Part shown: positions 11,804 through 24,504 of the stretch, piece by piece
Position numbering within the stretch: the stretch's first letter is position 1
Layout of the letters: each line of letters opens with the position of its first letter
Source: Balamuthia mandrillaris
Lineage: Eukaryota
DNA: 64,000 nt
Direction of reading: 5' to 3'
NCBI GenBank assembly: GCA_031835245.2
Contig: JAVKOQ020000108.1
Span: 62,001 to 126,000, forward strand
Made by a program: the position numbers and the translations under genes
The notes under the pieces: model-generated
Databases searched by the model: none
Told to the model about the DNA's origin: nothing
The model's input: the letters and a program-made list of their open reading frames with translations, nothing else

Positions 11804-12580
11804 TTAAGGGTAACGGTTCTTGAGGGCAAGGATGTTGTCGATCACGGGCACCATGTTCTTGGCCTCAAAGAGGTCGACCGTCATGAAGCAGTCCGACTTC
11901 CTCAGGCCCAATTGCTCGCAAGCGGTCAAGTAAGCGTTGATGTTTTCCTTTGGTGGGGTGGTGTGAAAACAAGAAAAGAAGAAGACAAAATAAAGGTGTG
12001 TTGGTTTGAGTTGAGTGGTGTTGAGAGAGAGAGAGAGAGAGAGAAGAGAAGAGAAGAGAAGAGAAGAGAAGAGAAGAGAAGAGAAGAGAAGAGAAGAGAA
12101 GAGAAGAGAAGAGAGAACAGAGAAAAGAAAGAGAGGAGAAGAGAACATAATGATGAAGCTGAAGAGAAAGAGAGAAGAGAGGAGAAGAGAGAGAAGAGAA
12201 GAGAACAATGGAAGAGGAAAGAGAAAGAGAGAGGAGAGAGAGAATGAAAATTTTACCATTTGCACAAAAGGCATCTTGCCGTTGTTAATCTTGGAGACAA
12301 TGCCTGGCCTAATCTTGTTGATCATGTTGCACAAAACAACACCTACCACCAAAAAAAAAGTCAAAAGATTAACCTTCATTCCCATCAAAGAAATATTTTT
12401 TAAAAAAATACCGCTTTTGAGAGGCTCAGCAAAGTCGTCCTTGCTGTTGTAGCCCACGCGGGTGCCGGTCTTGTCCTGGATGTACTCGGCGGCCTCGCGC
12501 ATCCTGGCGGGGTCCAGCTTGGAGGCCTGCTTGGCGGCCAGCTCGGCATCGAGTCCGTAGGAAGGTCCGTGGAAAGCCAT
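11804..12580 (-). CDS. Single calponin-homology domain protein (transgelin/MP20/SCP1-like), 3 exons
   Basis: MAFHGPSYGLDAEL...LKSGVVLCNMINKIRPG...MPFVQMENINAYLTACEQLG...FMTVDLFEAKNMVPV. Confidence 0.9.
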   Translation of the reverse strand: MAFHGPSYGLDAELAAKQASKLDPARMREAAEYIQDKTGTRVGYNSKDDFAEPLKSGIFLKNISLMGMKVNLLTFFLVVGVVLCNMINKIRPGIVSKINNGKMPFVQMVKFSFSLSSLFLFPLPLFSSLLSLLLSSLFLFSFIIMFSSPLFLFSVLSSLLFSSLLFSSLLFSSLLFSSLLSLSLSLNTTQLKPTHLYFVFFFSCFHTTPPKENINAYLTACEQLGLRKSDCFMTVDLFEAKNMVPVIDNILALKNRYP

Positions 12581-12960
12581 CTCTCTCTCTCTCTCTCTGT
12601 GATGTGATCTGCTACTTTTTTTTTTACAATCAAAAAAATGAAAATAAAATAAAATTGAAATTTTTTTGATTGTAATTTTGTGAAGAGAAAGCGGAGCGAG
12701 GATAAAGAATGTCCGCAGCGAAGGAAGGGTGCAAGGGGAGGGATGATCTGGGACAAATGGTTCAGGGAAGTGGGATGGCCCCGAAGAACGAATGAACAAG
12801 ATGGGGGCGAAACGAGGGTTCGGCTTCATTTTCAGTTAAATATTACCAACCAATTAGGATGTGCACTTAACTATTTTTATATAAAATAACGAAACAACAT
12901 ATTAGATTACGATGCATAATATGTAATGCAAGTAATTCAACATAAAAGAAGAACGACCAC

Positions 12961-14133
12961 ATGGCCACACCGACGACGTGTGGTTTGTTTTGTTTCTTCT
13001 TTCTTTCTTTCTTGTCGTTTCTTTCTTGCTTTCTTTCTTTCTTTCTAGACTTTCACTTGTATTTTATTTTCATCACAATCTGTTGGTATGACTATTCAAT
13101 ATAGATGGGCCTATAGTGCGAACCAAAGTGGCTGTTATAGGGGCTGGTATCGCCGGGCTTGGCTGTTGCCACCGTCTTCGTGTGGAGCATGGGCTCTCTC
13201 GGGAGGAGGTCCTTCTGTTGGAGGCACGCGACCGCATAGGAGGACGCGTTCACACGTGCTTCCTCCCCAAGACCGGCATTCCAGTTGACGCCGGTGCTAG
13301 GTACCTTGTTTCCTCCTCTTCCCTCTTCATATCCACCTGCTTCTCTCACTTGTTCTCTCTTTTATTCTCTCTTCTGTATTCTTTCTTCCCTCTTCTCTTC
13401 TATCGTTCTCTCTGCTATCTGCTCTCTTCTCTTCTTCTCTCTGCTCTCTTCTCTCTTCTCTTCTTTCTTCTCTCTTCCTGAAGAGTACGGCCTTTCTTCT
13501 CTCTCATCTCTCCTTTCTTGTCTTTTCTTGCTTCTCTCTTGTTGACCTCTCATATGCTTTTAAAACAAAGCTGGATTCACGGAGTTGAAGGAAGTCCTTT
13601 GATGCATTACTTGGAGCACGTCCCGTCTTCTGTTCATCCAACTTCAACAACGGAAGTACCACCTCGCCAAAGAACTCGCAAAACAAAGGAGACTTCAGAG
13701 GGTCTTCATCGTCCGAAGGATATCATCATTTTCGATGGGGCGACCAAGAGTTTTGTTGCTCCAAAGAAAACGAACGACATGCAACAACTTTTTCTCGACC
13801 TTTTTGAGAAAGTCGAAAACGAAGCACTGAAACGAAAAGAAGAAGCAGAAGAAGCACAACGACAACACAAAGAGAGAAGCAACGATTCGCTTGGAATCGC
13901 CTTGAGAGAGGCGTTTGAGGAGGAGAGAAAGAAGGATCTGGGGACGGAGGAACATGAACTGGAAACGAGACTCTACGACTTTTTCTTGCATATAGGTTTG
14001 TCTTTTTCAGTTTCTGGTGTTTTGTGTAAAAGTTTAATAGACTAAACCAACAACATATAGCTTCGGAGTATTGTGGAGGTCCGATGGACGATCATTCTTT
14101 ATCCGCTTGGATCGAAGATGAAGATGGTTAATT

Positions 14134-14173
<40 letters not shown>

Positions 14174-15337
14174 TCTTGTTCTTTGTCTCTTCCTGTGCTA
14201 TTATTACCGAGAAAGGAACAGAGCTCCTTTTTTTGTCTTGTTAACACCCTTTCTCGTGGAAAACAGCATTTCCAGGCACACATCTCTTTCTCAGCGAGTA
14301 CAGCGTCATAACGGATGAACTGTTTCATCAAGCGCAGCCAACACTTCAATTGAACCAACAAGTCATTCACATTGACTATCATCACAACTCCTGCTCTAAA
14401 ACTAAACCTTTGGGTATCCGTTCCTTCTTTTTATGTTGTTGTTCATGCTTATTCTTTTGAGTTGCTATAACACATTTATAGTTCGGGTGAAGACAAAGCA
14501 AGGGTTGGAAGTAGAATGCGAGAGAGCGGTGGTAACGTTGCCATTAGGCATTCTGCGCAACGGAAGCGTACGTTTTCAACCTGACTTGCCCGAGAGCAAG
14601 CGAGAGGCCATCCAAGGCATCGGATGGGGTTTGTGCAACAAGGTCTTTCTTTGCTTTGAACACCCGTTTTGGGGAGATCTTCCAGAAATCATTGGATACA
14701 TTCCTTACAACGGTTTGCATGTTTGGTTCTCTTTATAGTTGTCAACTCTTTCTCTGTGGTCGTTTCTCTCCATCGTTTCTCTTTCGTCGTTTCTTTTTTC
14801 GTTCGTCCTTTCGAGCTAACACCACCAACAATACACAACAAACAAACAGAAAGCCACTTCAAGAAAACAACCTTTCTGAACCTCCAAAAAATAATGGAGC
14901 AACCGATCCTCATGCTCTACCTCTTCGCCGAGGAGGCTCACGAAATGGAGGACCTCTCCGACCAACTCATTCTCGACCACGCGCTCTCTCTTCTCTCCGA
15001 AATGTTTCCTCATTCTTCAGCTTTGTTGAAGGAGCTCTTGAAGGACCATTTCATAACGAGATGGGGCCAAGACGAATATGCCACTGGCGCATATACTTGG
15101 TTGCCTTTGGGTGCCTCCGCAAAGCAATGCTCTGAGCTTGCTCGCTCTGTTCCTTTCTCCTTCTCTCCATCGCATGCAAAAGCAGAGGCGGAAGAAGACG
15201 AAGAAGCAAAAGAAGAGGCATTATTTTTTGCCGGAGAAGCAACCAGCGAGGAGTATTATTCGTATGCCCATGGAGCTCTACTTTCTGGCTATGATGCTGC
15301 GGATAGAGTTGTTGCCTCTCTAAAACAACAACAATAA
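12961..15337 (+). CDS. Flavin-containing amine oxidase (polyamine oxidase-like), multi-exon
   Basis: VAVIGAGIAGL (GxGxxG), LLEARDRIGGRVHT, WIHG, VVTLPLGIL, TRWGQDEYATGAY, LFFAGEATSEEYYSYAHGALLSG. First exon ATG at 12961. Confidence 0.9.
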
Positions 15338-15429
15338 CAACAACGAAAGCAAACTTTTTCTTGCCTGGTTTTACCGAGGCAGTTTATGTTTCTCACTTTT
15401 CTTTTGCTCATTGCTCCATCCTTTTGCAA

Positions 15430-16380
15430 TGAACAGCAAGACGTATACGTCTCACCCAACATCCCATTAAGGAAGTGGGGCTATCTTTACAACAAGTATT
15501 TAGAGGAAGCCCGGCCCGGGTGAGACTGCTGAAGAAGCAACAGCAACAAGGCCCCACAAAAGAGGAAGCCGAGGAGAACCTTCCAGAGGCTTCAATCGTG
15601 CAGGTGATGCTGGAAGGAAACTTGACGGAGCATTCTCTGCTTGATAACGTCAAAACGTTTTTGTAGGTTATGCCTTTCTCTCTCTCTCTCTCTCTCTCGT
15701 CTCTCTCCCTTCTATTATTTGGTTGTCTCTTCGCCTCTTTGCGTTCGTTGTCTAGCCTTTAAATTGTGTCTTTTTACCACAAAGTTTCGCTGGACATGAC
15801 ACGACGGCTTCACTGCTGACTGGTTCTATTGCAATGCTGGCTCAACATTCACATATCCAGGATAAACTTCAGCAAGAAGTTGGGTCGTGTTTCTAGTCCG
15901 CAGAGTTATCCTCTCCGCAAATCTCTCAACCGATCCTTACATTCTTTCTCCTGTCCTTTTGTTTCCTTGCTTCACTTTCGAAAAGAAAGGGTGCTGGGCG
16001 AACGAAACACATACCGACCAAGGACGACATTCCAGAGCTGAAGTACCTGAAAATGGTGCTCAAAGAAACGTTACGGGTGTTTCCGTCAGCAAGTACCAGC
16101 CATAAACTCCACCCCGGAGATAAGCTGGGACCTTACACGTTAACCAAGACCGCCGCCTTCGTTGCACCTCCGCTCTGGCTCTTCTTCTTTATCGCAACCT
16201 TTTCTGACCCTCTCGTTATGATGCAGCATTTGGCCATGTTGGAAGCAACAGCGTTGCTGTGCATGCTGATGAACGGATGGCCTACAACCAGGTCTACCAG
16301 TTGAAGTACAGGTCTCCAACATCCCTTCGGATGGCGTTTGGGTCTTTGCCCTGCCCAGAGAACTCCTCCAACAGGAGAGG
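15430..16380 (+). pseudogene. Cytochrome P450 fragment, probably a pseudogene
   Basis: Spliced I-helix DNVKTFFFAGHDTTA, K-helix LKMVLKETLRVFP and post-Cys QHLAMLEA are present. No FxxGxxxCxG heme motif or N-terminus is visible, and frames are broken. Confidence 0.65.
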
Positions 16381-16473
16381 GAGCAGATGGCAGACCTCCA
16401 AAATAACTTGCAGAAATCCATGTAAGGGAGTGCATGGAAGGGCGAGCAAATATATTGTCATTTTGCTTTTTGC

Positions 16474-17505
16474 TTAGGAGGCATGCTCGTTCAGCCACTG
16501 GACAACCTGATGGTGTCCTTTCAGCACAGCAGCTCTGTTGGCCTCCTGTACGTGCCAAGGACATCCATTCGCTATTGCCCACTTAAGCACCTCCAAGTGT
16601 CCTCCACTCGCTGCGCTGCTGCACGTCTTCTCGTCCCAAGGACAGCCTTGGCTTCTTAACCACTGTAATGTCTCCAGTTGGCCTTCGGAGGTCGCTACGG
16701 TGCAAACCGCTGGGATCCATGGAGGCGGGTCCTCTTGCTCTCTCAACCATTTCAGCAGGTGCAGATGTCCTTGTCGTGCAGCCACGAAGTAACAAGCCCA
16801 CTCATTCCAGGGTCTTATGTCCCTCATTGTTGCTGGTGTTGCATAAGCGCTTGTTGCAGCCACTTCAACACGTGCAGGTGGTGGCCGCCAAATGTGGCAC
16901 ATGTAAAGGGCCAGAGTGCAGAACCCTCCAATATATCTAGGGGATGGTCCTTTTGTGAGGTTGCCCACTGAAGAATGTGAAGATGTCCTTGAAGAGCCGC
17001 AGCAGCTACTATGGTCTTCTCATTCCAAGGGCAGCCATTCTCTCTCGCCCATTGAAGCACTTCCCAATGCCCCCTGAGCGGCCTGCTTGCACGTCTCTTC
17101 GTCCCAAGGACATTGCCCTGTCTTCTTTTTCTTTCTCTTCTTCCTCTTCTCCGTCTTCTTCTGCGTGTTGTTCTTCTTGTCCTTTGCTCTTAGCCATTGA
17201 AGTAATTCCAGGTTGCCCTGTTTGGCTGCATGCGCACAGAGCGCCTCGTCGAGGGCGCAACCGTTGTCCAAGGACCACACCAAGAGGGCCACACCGCCGC
17301 TGCAAGCCGTGGAGGCATGAAGGCGTTTCCGCTGCGCGGGTGCACAACAGGAGAACCATCGCTTGCAGGTGCGAGCAGCGACCGGCACCATCCCTTCTGG
17401 GAGAAAGGAGAACAGGTGGACCATCAATTCGTCCGGGAGCAACTCTTCCATCAAAGAGCAAGACGCTCGGAAGCTGTTCTCTTTCTTCGGTCGCATTCCT
17501 CGCAT
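16474..17505 (-). pseudogene. F-box plus GCPW-type ankyrin repeat protein, with two frameshifts
   Basis: F-box LLPDELMVHLFSFL...ARTCKRW. Repeats LQWARENGCPWNE, LQWLRSQGCPWDEKTC and LKWAIANGCPW are spread over three overlapping ORFs. Confidence 0.75.
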
Positions 17506-17718
17506 AACTGACCGGAATTTAAAAAATGATGAGTATTTAAGTTATTCTGGGAATGAATGGAATGTAATCAATTTTGTAACGCCTTAATTTTTGTCGACTT
17601 CAATATAACAAAAAAAAAAATAAAAAAACTTTATTACTTTCTTCAAAGCGTTAACCGAGCTACTCACAACAACCAACCGCACAGTAACACCGACACACAA
17701 ACAAAAAAAAAATACGCA

Positions 17719-18878
17719 ATGACCTCAGAGTTATCCGGAGCTACCGACGTGGAGAAGCTGGAGGAGCTGGCGAGCAGGACGTACAAGGAGCAGGTGGTGT
17801 GGTTCCTCAACGCCTTCTGGGAGGAGTTTGCCAAGGAGGAGGCGGAGCGGCTGTGGAAGTTCAAGCACCTCTGCGACGAGCTGGACCTGGCCAAGAAGGA
17901 GCAAGGCTGCGCGCTGGACGAGCTGCAGGCCCACCGCTTCCTGGAAAAGCTGCAAGAGACCATGACCGTCCAGCAGATGAGGGACAAGCTGCGCTCCACC
18001 GGAGCCATCGGGGCCAAGGTGCGCTTGGTTCCCCTCATCCACCTCCTCATCTTCCGCTTCGACGTGGACTGGCACTTCCTGGTCAACGCCCCTCAGGGCA
18101 GCAAGGAGGAGATCGAGAAGGCGCAGCGCATGTTCGACCAGGTGCAGGCCGCCTTCCGTGAGGCTGAGGCCCGTGCCGACGAGGCCGCTGCCGCCCTCAA
18201 GGAGGCCAAGGCCCGCGAGGCCGACGCCAAGGCTCGAAGCTGATGCCAAGGCCCGCGAAGCCGACGCCAAGGCCAGGGAAGCCGACGCCAAAGCCCGCGA
18301 GGCCGATGCCGTGGCCAGGGAAGAGGAGCTGCGGGTGGCCAAGGAGGAACTGGAAGCGGCGCTGAAGGAACTGCAAGCACAAGAGGAGGCGTACAACAAC
18401 AAGACAGCAGAGCTGAAGAGAGCGAGCGAGGAGGGAGGTCTGGTCTCTCGCAACAAGGCCAAGAACGAGCTGGCCCAACACCTGGGGGAGGACCCTTTGC
18501 CCTTGCGTCGCGCCAAGATCACCCAAGAGGCTGCCGTGAAGAAGGCCGACAGAGCCGCCCAGGTCGCCGCTGAGGCCAGAGCGGAGGCTGAGGCCGCGGC
18601 CAGCGCTGCCACTGCCGCCAGAGCAGAGGCCGAGCAGGCTCGTCGTCAGAGTGAAGCGGCCAGGGCGGAGGCTGAGAGGGCCGTCAACAGAGCGAGGAGG
18701 CCAAGGCGCGCGGAGGGCAGTGGAGGAGGCGAGGCGCAAGCTGGAGGAGGCGGAGGCGTACCTGGAGAAGGCCAAGAACAGCCTGCCCAAGGGAGCGGTG
18801 TGGTGGTTGGAGAGGGAGTTGCACGAGGCCAGGGCCTACTTGCCCGTCAGCAAGGGTGGCTACAAGAAGGATAAGTAA
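17719..18878 (+). CDS. ABP34 (calcium-regulated actin-bundling protein)/TolA-like coiled-coil protein, copy 1, frameshifted in the repeat region
   Basis: YKEQVVWFLNAFW and GAVWWLEREL resemble the ABP34 N- and C-terminal motifs; (AKAREAD)n repeats; intronless. Confidence 0.75.
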
Positions 18879-18925
18879 ACAACACGTAGTTTAGCTAGGA
18901 AAGATGTTTTATAGACTTGTTGGCT

Positions 18926-21900
18926 CTAAATAACGAAAAGCTCGTCATGTTTTTCTTGAATGAACTTGAGCAGATCTTTCTTGTTAACCTTGCCTGTTGG
19001 TGGGAAGAGAATGCAGTGGGTATAGCAAGAAAGAGAAACGAAGAAAAGAGACAACAGTATGCATTGTAAAAACGAAGGGTGTGCATACCCATGGCATTGC
19101 GAGGGATTGCGGAAGGAAGCACGAAATAACTTCGTGGCGACTTGTAGGTAGACAGCTTGTCCTTCAGCCACAATTTCAAATTTTCAACTGCATTCTTTGG
19201 GTCCTTCTATTTCAAATAAGGTGAGGGGAGGGAGGGAGGGAGGGAGAGGGAGGGAGAGAGAGAAAGAGAAGAGAGAGAGAGAAAGAGAAAGAGAAAGAGA
19301 AAGAGAAAGAGAAAGAGAAAGAGAAAGAGAAAGAGAAAGAGAAAGAGAAAGAGAAAGAGAAAGAGAAAGAAAGAGAAAAAGAAAAAGAAAAGAAAGAGAA
19401 GAAAGTTAAGAAAGTTGTCTACTTTAGAATCTAAAACAAGCACTGCTGCGACTCTTTGGCCTGATGAAAGATAGAAGACTAAGAGTCAGCAGAACAAAAA
19501 AAGACACAAAGATTAAATGCACAATATACCTAAAGCTGTATCTGGAAGGCCAATAACAGCACATTCAGCCACGGAAGAATGCTCCAACAAAACACGTTCA
19601 ACCTCCAAAGCACTATCCAAAAAGATAACATTTATGAAACTGTCCTCGAGAGAGGGAGGGAGAGGGACGGGAATTACCTTATCTTATACCCGCCTTTAGT
19701 CCAAGGAGGAGAAAGCCCATTAGAGATAACAAAAAGACAGCCAATACAAGAGGAAAGAAGAGAGAGATAGAGAGAGAGAGATGAAACGGAATTCAAAAAA
19801 AAAATAACAATACCACTCTTGAGAATGTCAACACTAGCTCTACCCAATATCCGAATGGTGCCTTCCTCATCTGCATATTCAGCAATGTCTCCAGTCTTAA
19901 ACCATCCGTCTGGTGTAAAACTTTCTGCTGTTGCCTCTTTCCTATTCCAATAGCACTTAAATACACCGGCTCCTTTTACTTGAAGCTCTCCTTCGTTGGA
20001 AGAAGTAGGTTTGTCTTTGTTGTTGCCTTCATGTTCTGTAGGGACGATTCGGACTTGATATCCAGGAAGCGGTTTGCCAACACAACCTGGTTTCCTAGTT
20101 CCATTTACTGGATTCGATATGGCCATCGCAAATTCAGACTGCAAATATAATATTTGTGTTTTGAAGAGATAAATACAGAGAGAGAGAGAGAGAGAGAGAT
20201 GAGTGAGAGTGAGAGAGGAACCAAAGAAGCAATGAGCATGGTGAATGAAACAGAGCGCTACAGATGAACAAAAAGATACTTACCATCCCGTAACGTTCTA
20301 GTAGTATGTGGCCGCTTACTTTTTCCCATTCCTTCATCACAACCTCTACTCAATGATAAACTCCAGGTTAGAAATAAAATATTCAGAAAACAAAGAATCT
20401 AGAAAGAGAAAACATGAGAAATAGGAAACATTACCAGGCAAAGCCATTGAGCCAGAAACCATCAATCGGAACTGTTTGCATGCCTCTGATGCTTTGCTTT
20501 GTTGTTCTGCATCCATATTTCTGTACTCGTCCAACAAATGTGCTACATACGAGTAACAAAACAATGGAAAGAGTTAGCACGAGAGAGGTACCGCTCTCAA
20601 TTGAGCTCCTTACAATAGATAGTAGGTACTGCCATAAATAGGCTGAGAGAAGGTGAGTTCTTGTAAGAATCCATGAACCGCTGCCAAACCGCTTTAGAAT
20701 CAAACGATGGCATCATCTCACAACGAGCTCCGGAATGTAACGCACTTGTAACCACCTTTTTGGTTTGGAAAATCATGTTAAAGTGGAAAAGAGAATGAGA
20801 ACGCGAGAAGAGAGAGATGAACGAGAGCAAGAGAGAGAGAGAGAGAGGGCGAGAGAGAGATAGAGAGAGAGAGAGAGGGAGAGGGAGGGAGAGGGAGAGG
20901 GAGAGGGAGGGAGAGGGAGGGAGAGGGAGAGGGAGAGGGAGAGGGAGAGGGAGAGGGAGAGGAGAGGGAGAGGGAGAGGGAGAGGGAGGGAGGGAGGGAG
21001 AGGGAGAGGGAGAGGGAGAGGGAGAGGGAGAGGAGAGGGAGAGGAGAGGGAGAGGGGAGAGGGAGAGGGAGAGGGGGAGAGGGAGGGAGGGAGAGGGAGA
21101 GGGAGAGGGGAGGAGAGGGAGAGGGAGAGGGGGAGAGAGGAGAGGGAGAGGGAGAGGGAGAGGGAGAGAAAGAAAGAAACGACAAGAAAGAAAGAAATCA
21201 TTAGTTACAGCGATGATTCCATGAACGTGGTGTAATGGCAAAACATTTAAAATAGAGTCATCCTTGCTCCACAGCCATGCTTTAGTAAGAGCTGCTACTT
21301 GTGCTTCAACAGTTGCATGCGTTGTTAATACTCCTTTGGGTTTACCTGTAGTCCCACTTAACATAAAGGTTGCTTTGTTAGCTTTGGTCAATGTCAAACA
21401 AATAAAAACAATAGAAAGAACAAACCTCGTGTAAATGATTGAGGCTCCATTTTCCATGTTTATATCAAAGACTTTTGTTGGATGTATACTCTGATAGGAA
21501 AGTTGAAAAATGGACATAAGAGCATGACAGAGAGCAAAACAATGAAGAGGAGAAGAGAGTAAGAGACATGAGAACATAGAAGTGAGAAGCAATGAAGTGT
21601 GGCGAGAGTAGAAGAGGGACAGGGAAGTAGAGAGATGGAGATGAGAGATGAGAGAAAGAGCACCAGATCGGAAGGGAGAGGTGTTGTGATAGGCAAGAAT
21701 CGTATATGAGCAAAACGAGTACGCAGGTTGTCAGCGACAGCGGCAAACTGAGGATGATAAACAAACACAGAAGCGTCACAATCTCTCAACACATGCTCTA
21801 TTTCGGGCAAAGGATGCTTCACTCCTTTTTTATAAACGAGAACAGAGAATGAACAAAGAGCGAAACAGAGAGGATAGCAGTGAGAAGTGAGCTGCGAGAA

Positions 21901-22859
21901 GAGAGTAAGAAGAGAGAGCGAGGGAACTAGAAACAGAAGAAAGCAAACAGAGGCCACAGAGAAGAGAGCAAACAGAGGACGGAGAAGCAGAGGAGCAGAA
22001 AAGTGGATTGAGAGAAGAGAAGAGAAGAGAAAGACGAAGAGAAGAGAAGAGAAGAAAGAGAAGAGAAGAGAAGAGAAGAGAAGAGAAGAGAAGAGAAGAG
22101 AAGAGAGAAAGAGAAGAGAAGAGAAGAGAAGAGAAGAGAAGAAGAGAAGAGAAGAGAAGAGAAGAGAAGAAGAGAAGAGAAGAGAAGAGAAGAGAAGAGA
22201 AGAGAACGATGAAGAAGAAGAAGAAGAACAAGAACAAGAAGAATAGGCGCGTTACCAACGGGCACAGCGATGGCAGCAGCGCTCCAAATGGCCCACTGCG
22301 TCATGACATAGGAATAGTCAGCGGGGCACAAGAAGGCCACTCTTTGGGGTGCACCTTCCCTGCTTCCGTTCTTCTTCTTCGTCCGCTCCTCCTCCTCGAC
22401 CTCCTCGCCGAACAGACGTAGCGAAAGGAAATAGGAGTCATGCAGCAGCTGAGCATACGAATAGGAAGAAGAAGAAGAAGAAGAAGCATGAGAAGAGCTG
22501 TGGTCATTGGATGATGATGCTGAGGAGGAGGAAGCAGAAGTTGGTTGTGTTGGGGGTTGGGAGATGGCAACTCGATGGGGATGCCGCAGAGCGTTTTGGA
22601 AGAGCGGCAAGGAAGGTACCCGAATGGGCACTGCTGCTGAAGAAGAATAGGAAGCAAAAGAGGAGGAAGAAGAAGGACAGCAGACGAGAGCGGCTGCTCC
22701 AGTTTGGCTGCTTCCCATCATCCCTCTATGATGACTCCGAAGAAGATGGATGCGCCCACCATGGGTATAGCGGTCGTTACAGCGCGGTCGCGGCAGCGTC
22801 CAGGGAGAGCCACCACCCCTGCAGCCTGCCATAGCATGGAACACGGCTTCTTTTCTCAT
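18926..22859 (-). CDS. ACSF3: Malonyl-CoA synthetase / acyl-CoA synthetase family member 3, multi-exon
   Basis: [62 protein letters not shown]. Confidence 0.88.
19278..19366. repeat. Intronic (GAGAAA)n microsatellite
   Basis: Read directly. Confidence 0.95.
20830..21168. repeat. Intronic (GA)n/(GAGAGG)n polypurine tract
   Basis: Read directly; lies within an ACSF3 intron. Confidence 0.95.
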
Positions 22860-23182
22860 CTCTTCCACTTCTCTCTTTGCATATATAAAATGTTTGATTC
22901 ACTATTGGATGGTTTTTTGATTTTCCGTTCGCTGAATCACTGAATTTCCATTGGTAGACCTATTTGGATCTACCTACTTTTTGATTTACCATTGGTTTAT
23001 ACGTAGCCAACCAAAAATCAGTAAATATTTGTAGACGACCTATATAAGGTATAATTAATTCGTCGCTTCATTCTGTCTTTTTTCTCAGAACCTTTATAAT
23101 GCACAAAAAAACAAAAGAAAGACAACATGTTCACCGCTTCTTCGTTGTTCTTCACTAGACCACAGGCTAGTACCATCGCAGG

Positions 23183-24151
23183 ATGACCGATGGCGACTCC
23201 GTAAACCGCCGCAACAACCCGCCTCCTCGAGAGCTCTCCATTTCGGAGCTGCCCAACGAACTTTTGCAGCACATCCTGCAAATGATCCCCCCGCGCTACA
23301 AGGCGCCAGTCTCTCGCGTTTGTCGGAGCTTTCGCTCCTGTTTCTCTCCCGCTGATAGACGCTGCCTCAGCCTTCGCTCCTCCGTTAAGAGCGTCGCCAT
23401 GATACGATGGTCGCTGGGTGTCTCTTCCTCCGCGCTGTCCTCCTCTCTCATCCAACACTTTTTCATCGCAGCTGCTGTTCGCAGCAAGTTTGATGTTTTT
23501 CTCTATTTGCAACATCGGCTTTACAACAGGCGAAAGACAGCAAGTAAGAAAACCGCACTTTGCTTCACCGCAAAAGTGTACGAAGCCGCGTTGCGTGCAA
23601 ATACCAAGAAACCCTCCACTTTTGAGCTGCTTCAGTACCTTCAGCTGAACCACTGCCCTCAACCCACTCCTCGGGCACAAATTGTTTTAGCCCTTCAAAA
23701 CGGGCTCGACATGGTTCGGTGGCTCTATCAACAGAGCAAAGCAAACGAGGAAGAAGGGGATGAATGGCACGAAAAGAATGGCGACCTGGTCCACATTCCA
23801 GCTGCCAAAGGAGACCTTGAAACGTTGCGATGGCTTTACAGACATCAACTTCTGTTTTGTTCTTCTTCTGCCCAGGAACAACAACCAGATGAAGACGCAG
23901 CAAAAGATGAAAGCAAAGAAGAGAAGAGGAGTTGCTGGGATGAAAGCCTTTGCGCAAAGGCTGCGTGGAATCACAGAGCGGAGGTGCTCAAGTGGCTGAG
24001 GAGGAAAGGCTGCCCTTGGAACGAGGAGAGGTGCAGGAGGGACCTGATGGATCGGCCGGTCTGGGCTTGGGCCGGCAAGCAGAGGCACGTCCCGGAGCTC
24101 TGCGGCTGCACCAAGCTCTTGGAAGAGGAAGAGTGGGGCAGGTTGAAATGA
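23183..24151 (+). CDS. F-box plus GCPW-type ankyrin repeat protein, intronless
   Basis: F-box ISELPNELLQHILQMI...VSRVCRSF; AAKGDLETLRWL; WDESLCAKAA...VLKWLRRKGCPWNE. Confidence 0.8.
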   Translation: MTDGDSVNRRNNPPPRELSISELPNELLQHILQMIPPRYKAPVSRVCRSFRSCFSPADRRCLSLRSSVKSVAMIRWSLGVSSSALSSSLIQHFFIAAAVRSKFDVFLYLQHRLYNRRKTASKKTALCFTAKVYEAALRANTKKPSTFELLQYLQLNHCPQPTPRAQIVLALQNGLDMVRWLYQQSKANEEEGDEWHEKNGDLVHIPAAKGDLETLRWLYRHQLLFCSSSAQEQQPDEDAAKDESKEEKRSCWDESLCAKAAWNHRAEVLKWLRRKGCPWNEERCRRDLMDRPVWAWAGKQRHVPELCGCTKLLEEEEWGRLK

Positions 24152-24504
24152 AAAAAATGTACTGTGTTATGCATTTTTCATCTACACGATTTGACATCCG
24201 ATTGGATGTTTGAATTCGAAGCTGATGTCATGAAAGTCGACAACAAAAGAAAAAAGTTCGAAGAAGAAAGCAAAGCGTTGGGCGAAGAAGATATGCGGAG
24301 AAGGCAGAGAGGAGGAAGAAGAAGGAGAAGGAATAGAATTTTTATATATAAAAAACTTTTTATTTTTGGGTATTTTCGTTTTTTTGTTAGTACTATACAT
24401 AAACACAAATAAATAGTATATAGGAATAGAAATAAAAATAAAAAATAACATTTAAAAAAAAAGAAGAGAAGAGAAGAGGTAAAAGTTGTTCCGTCGTCGA
24501 ATTC

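Noticed and set aside
11804..12829. 341-aa single-exon ORF (likewise 40660-42051, 463 aa)
   Set aside because: Read-through of stop-free pyrimidine-rich introns; the spliced CH-domain and GTPase models explain the conserved blocks.
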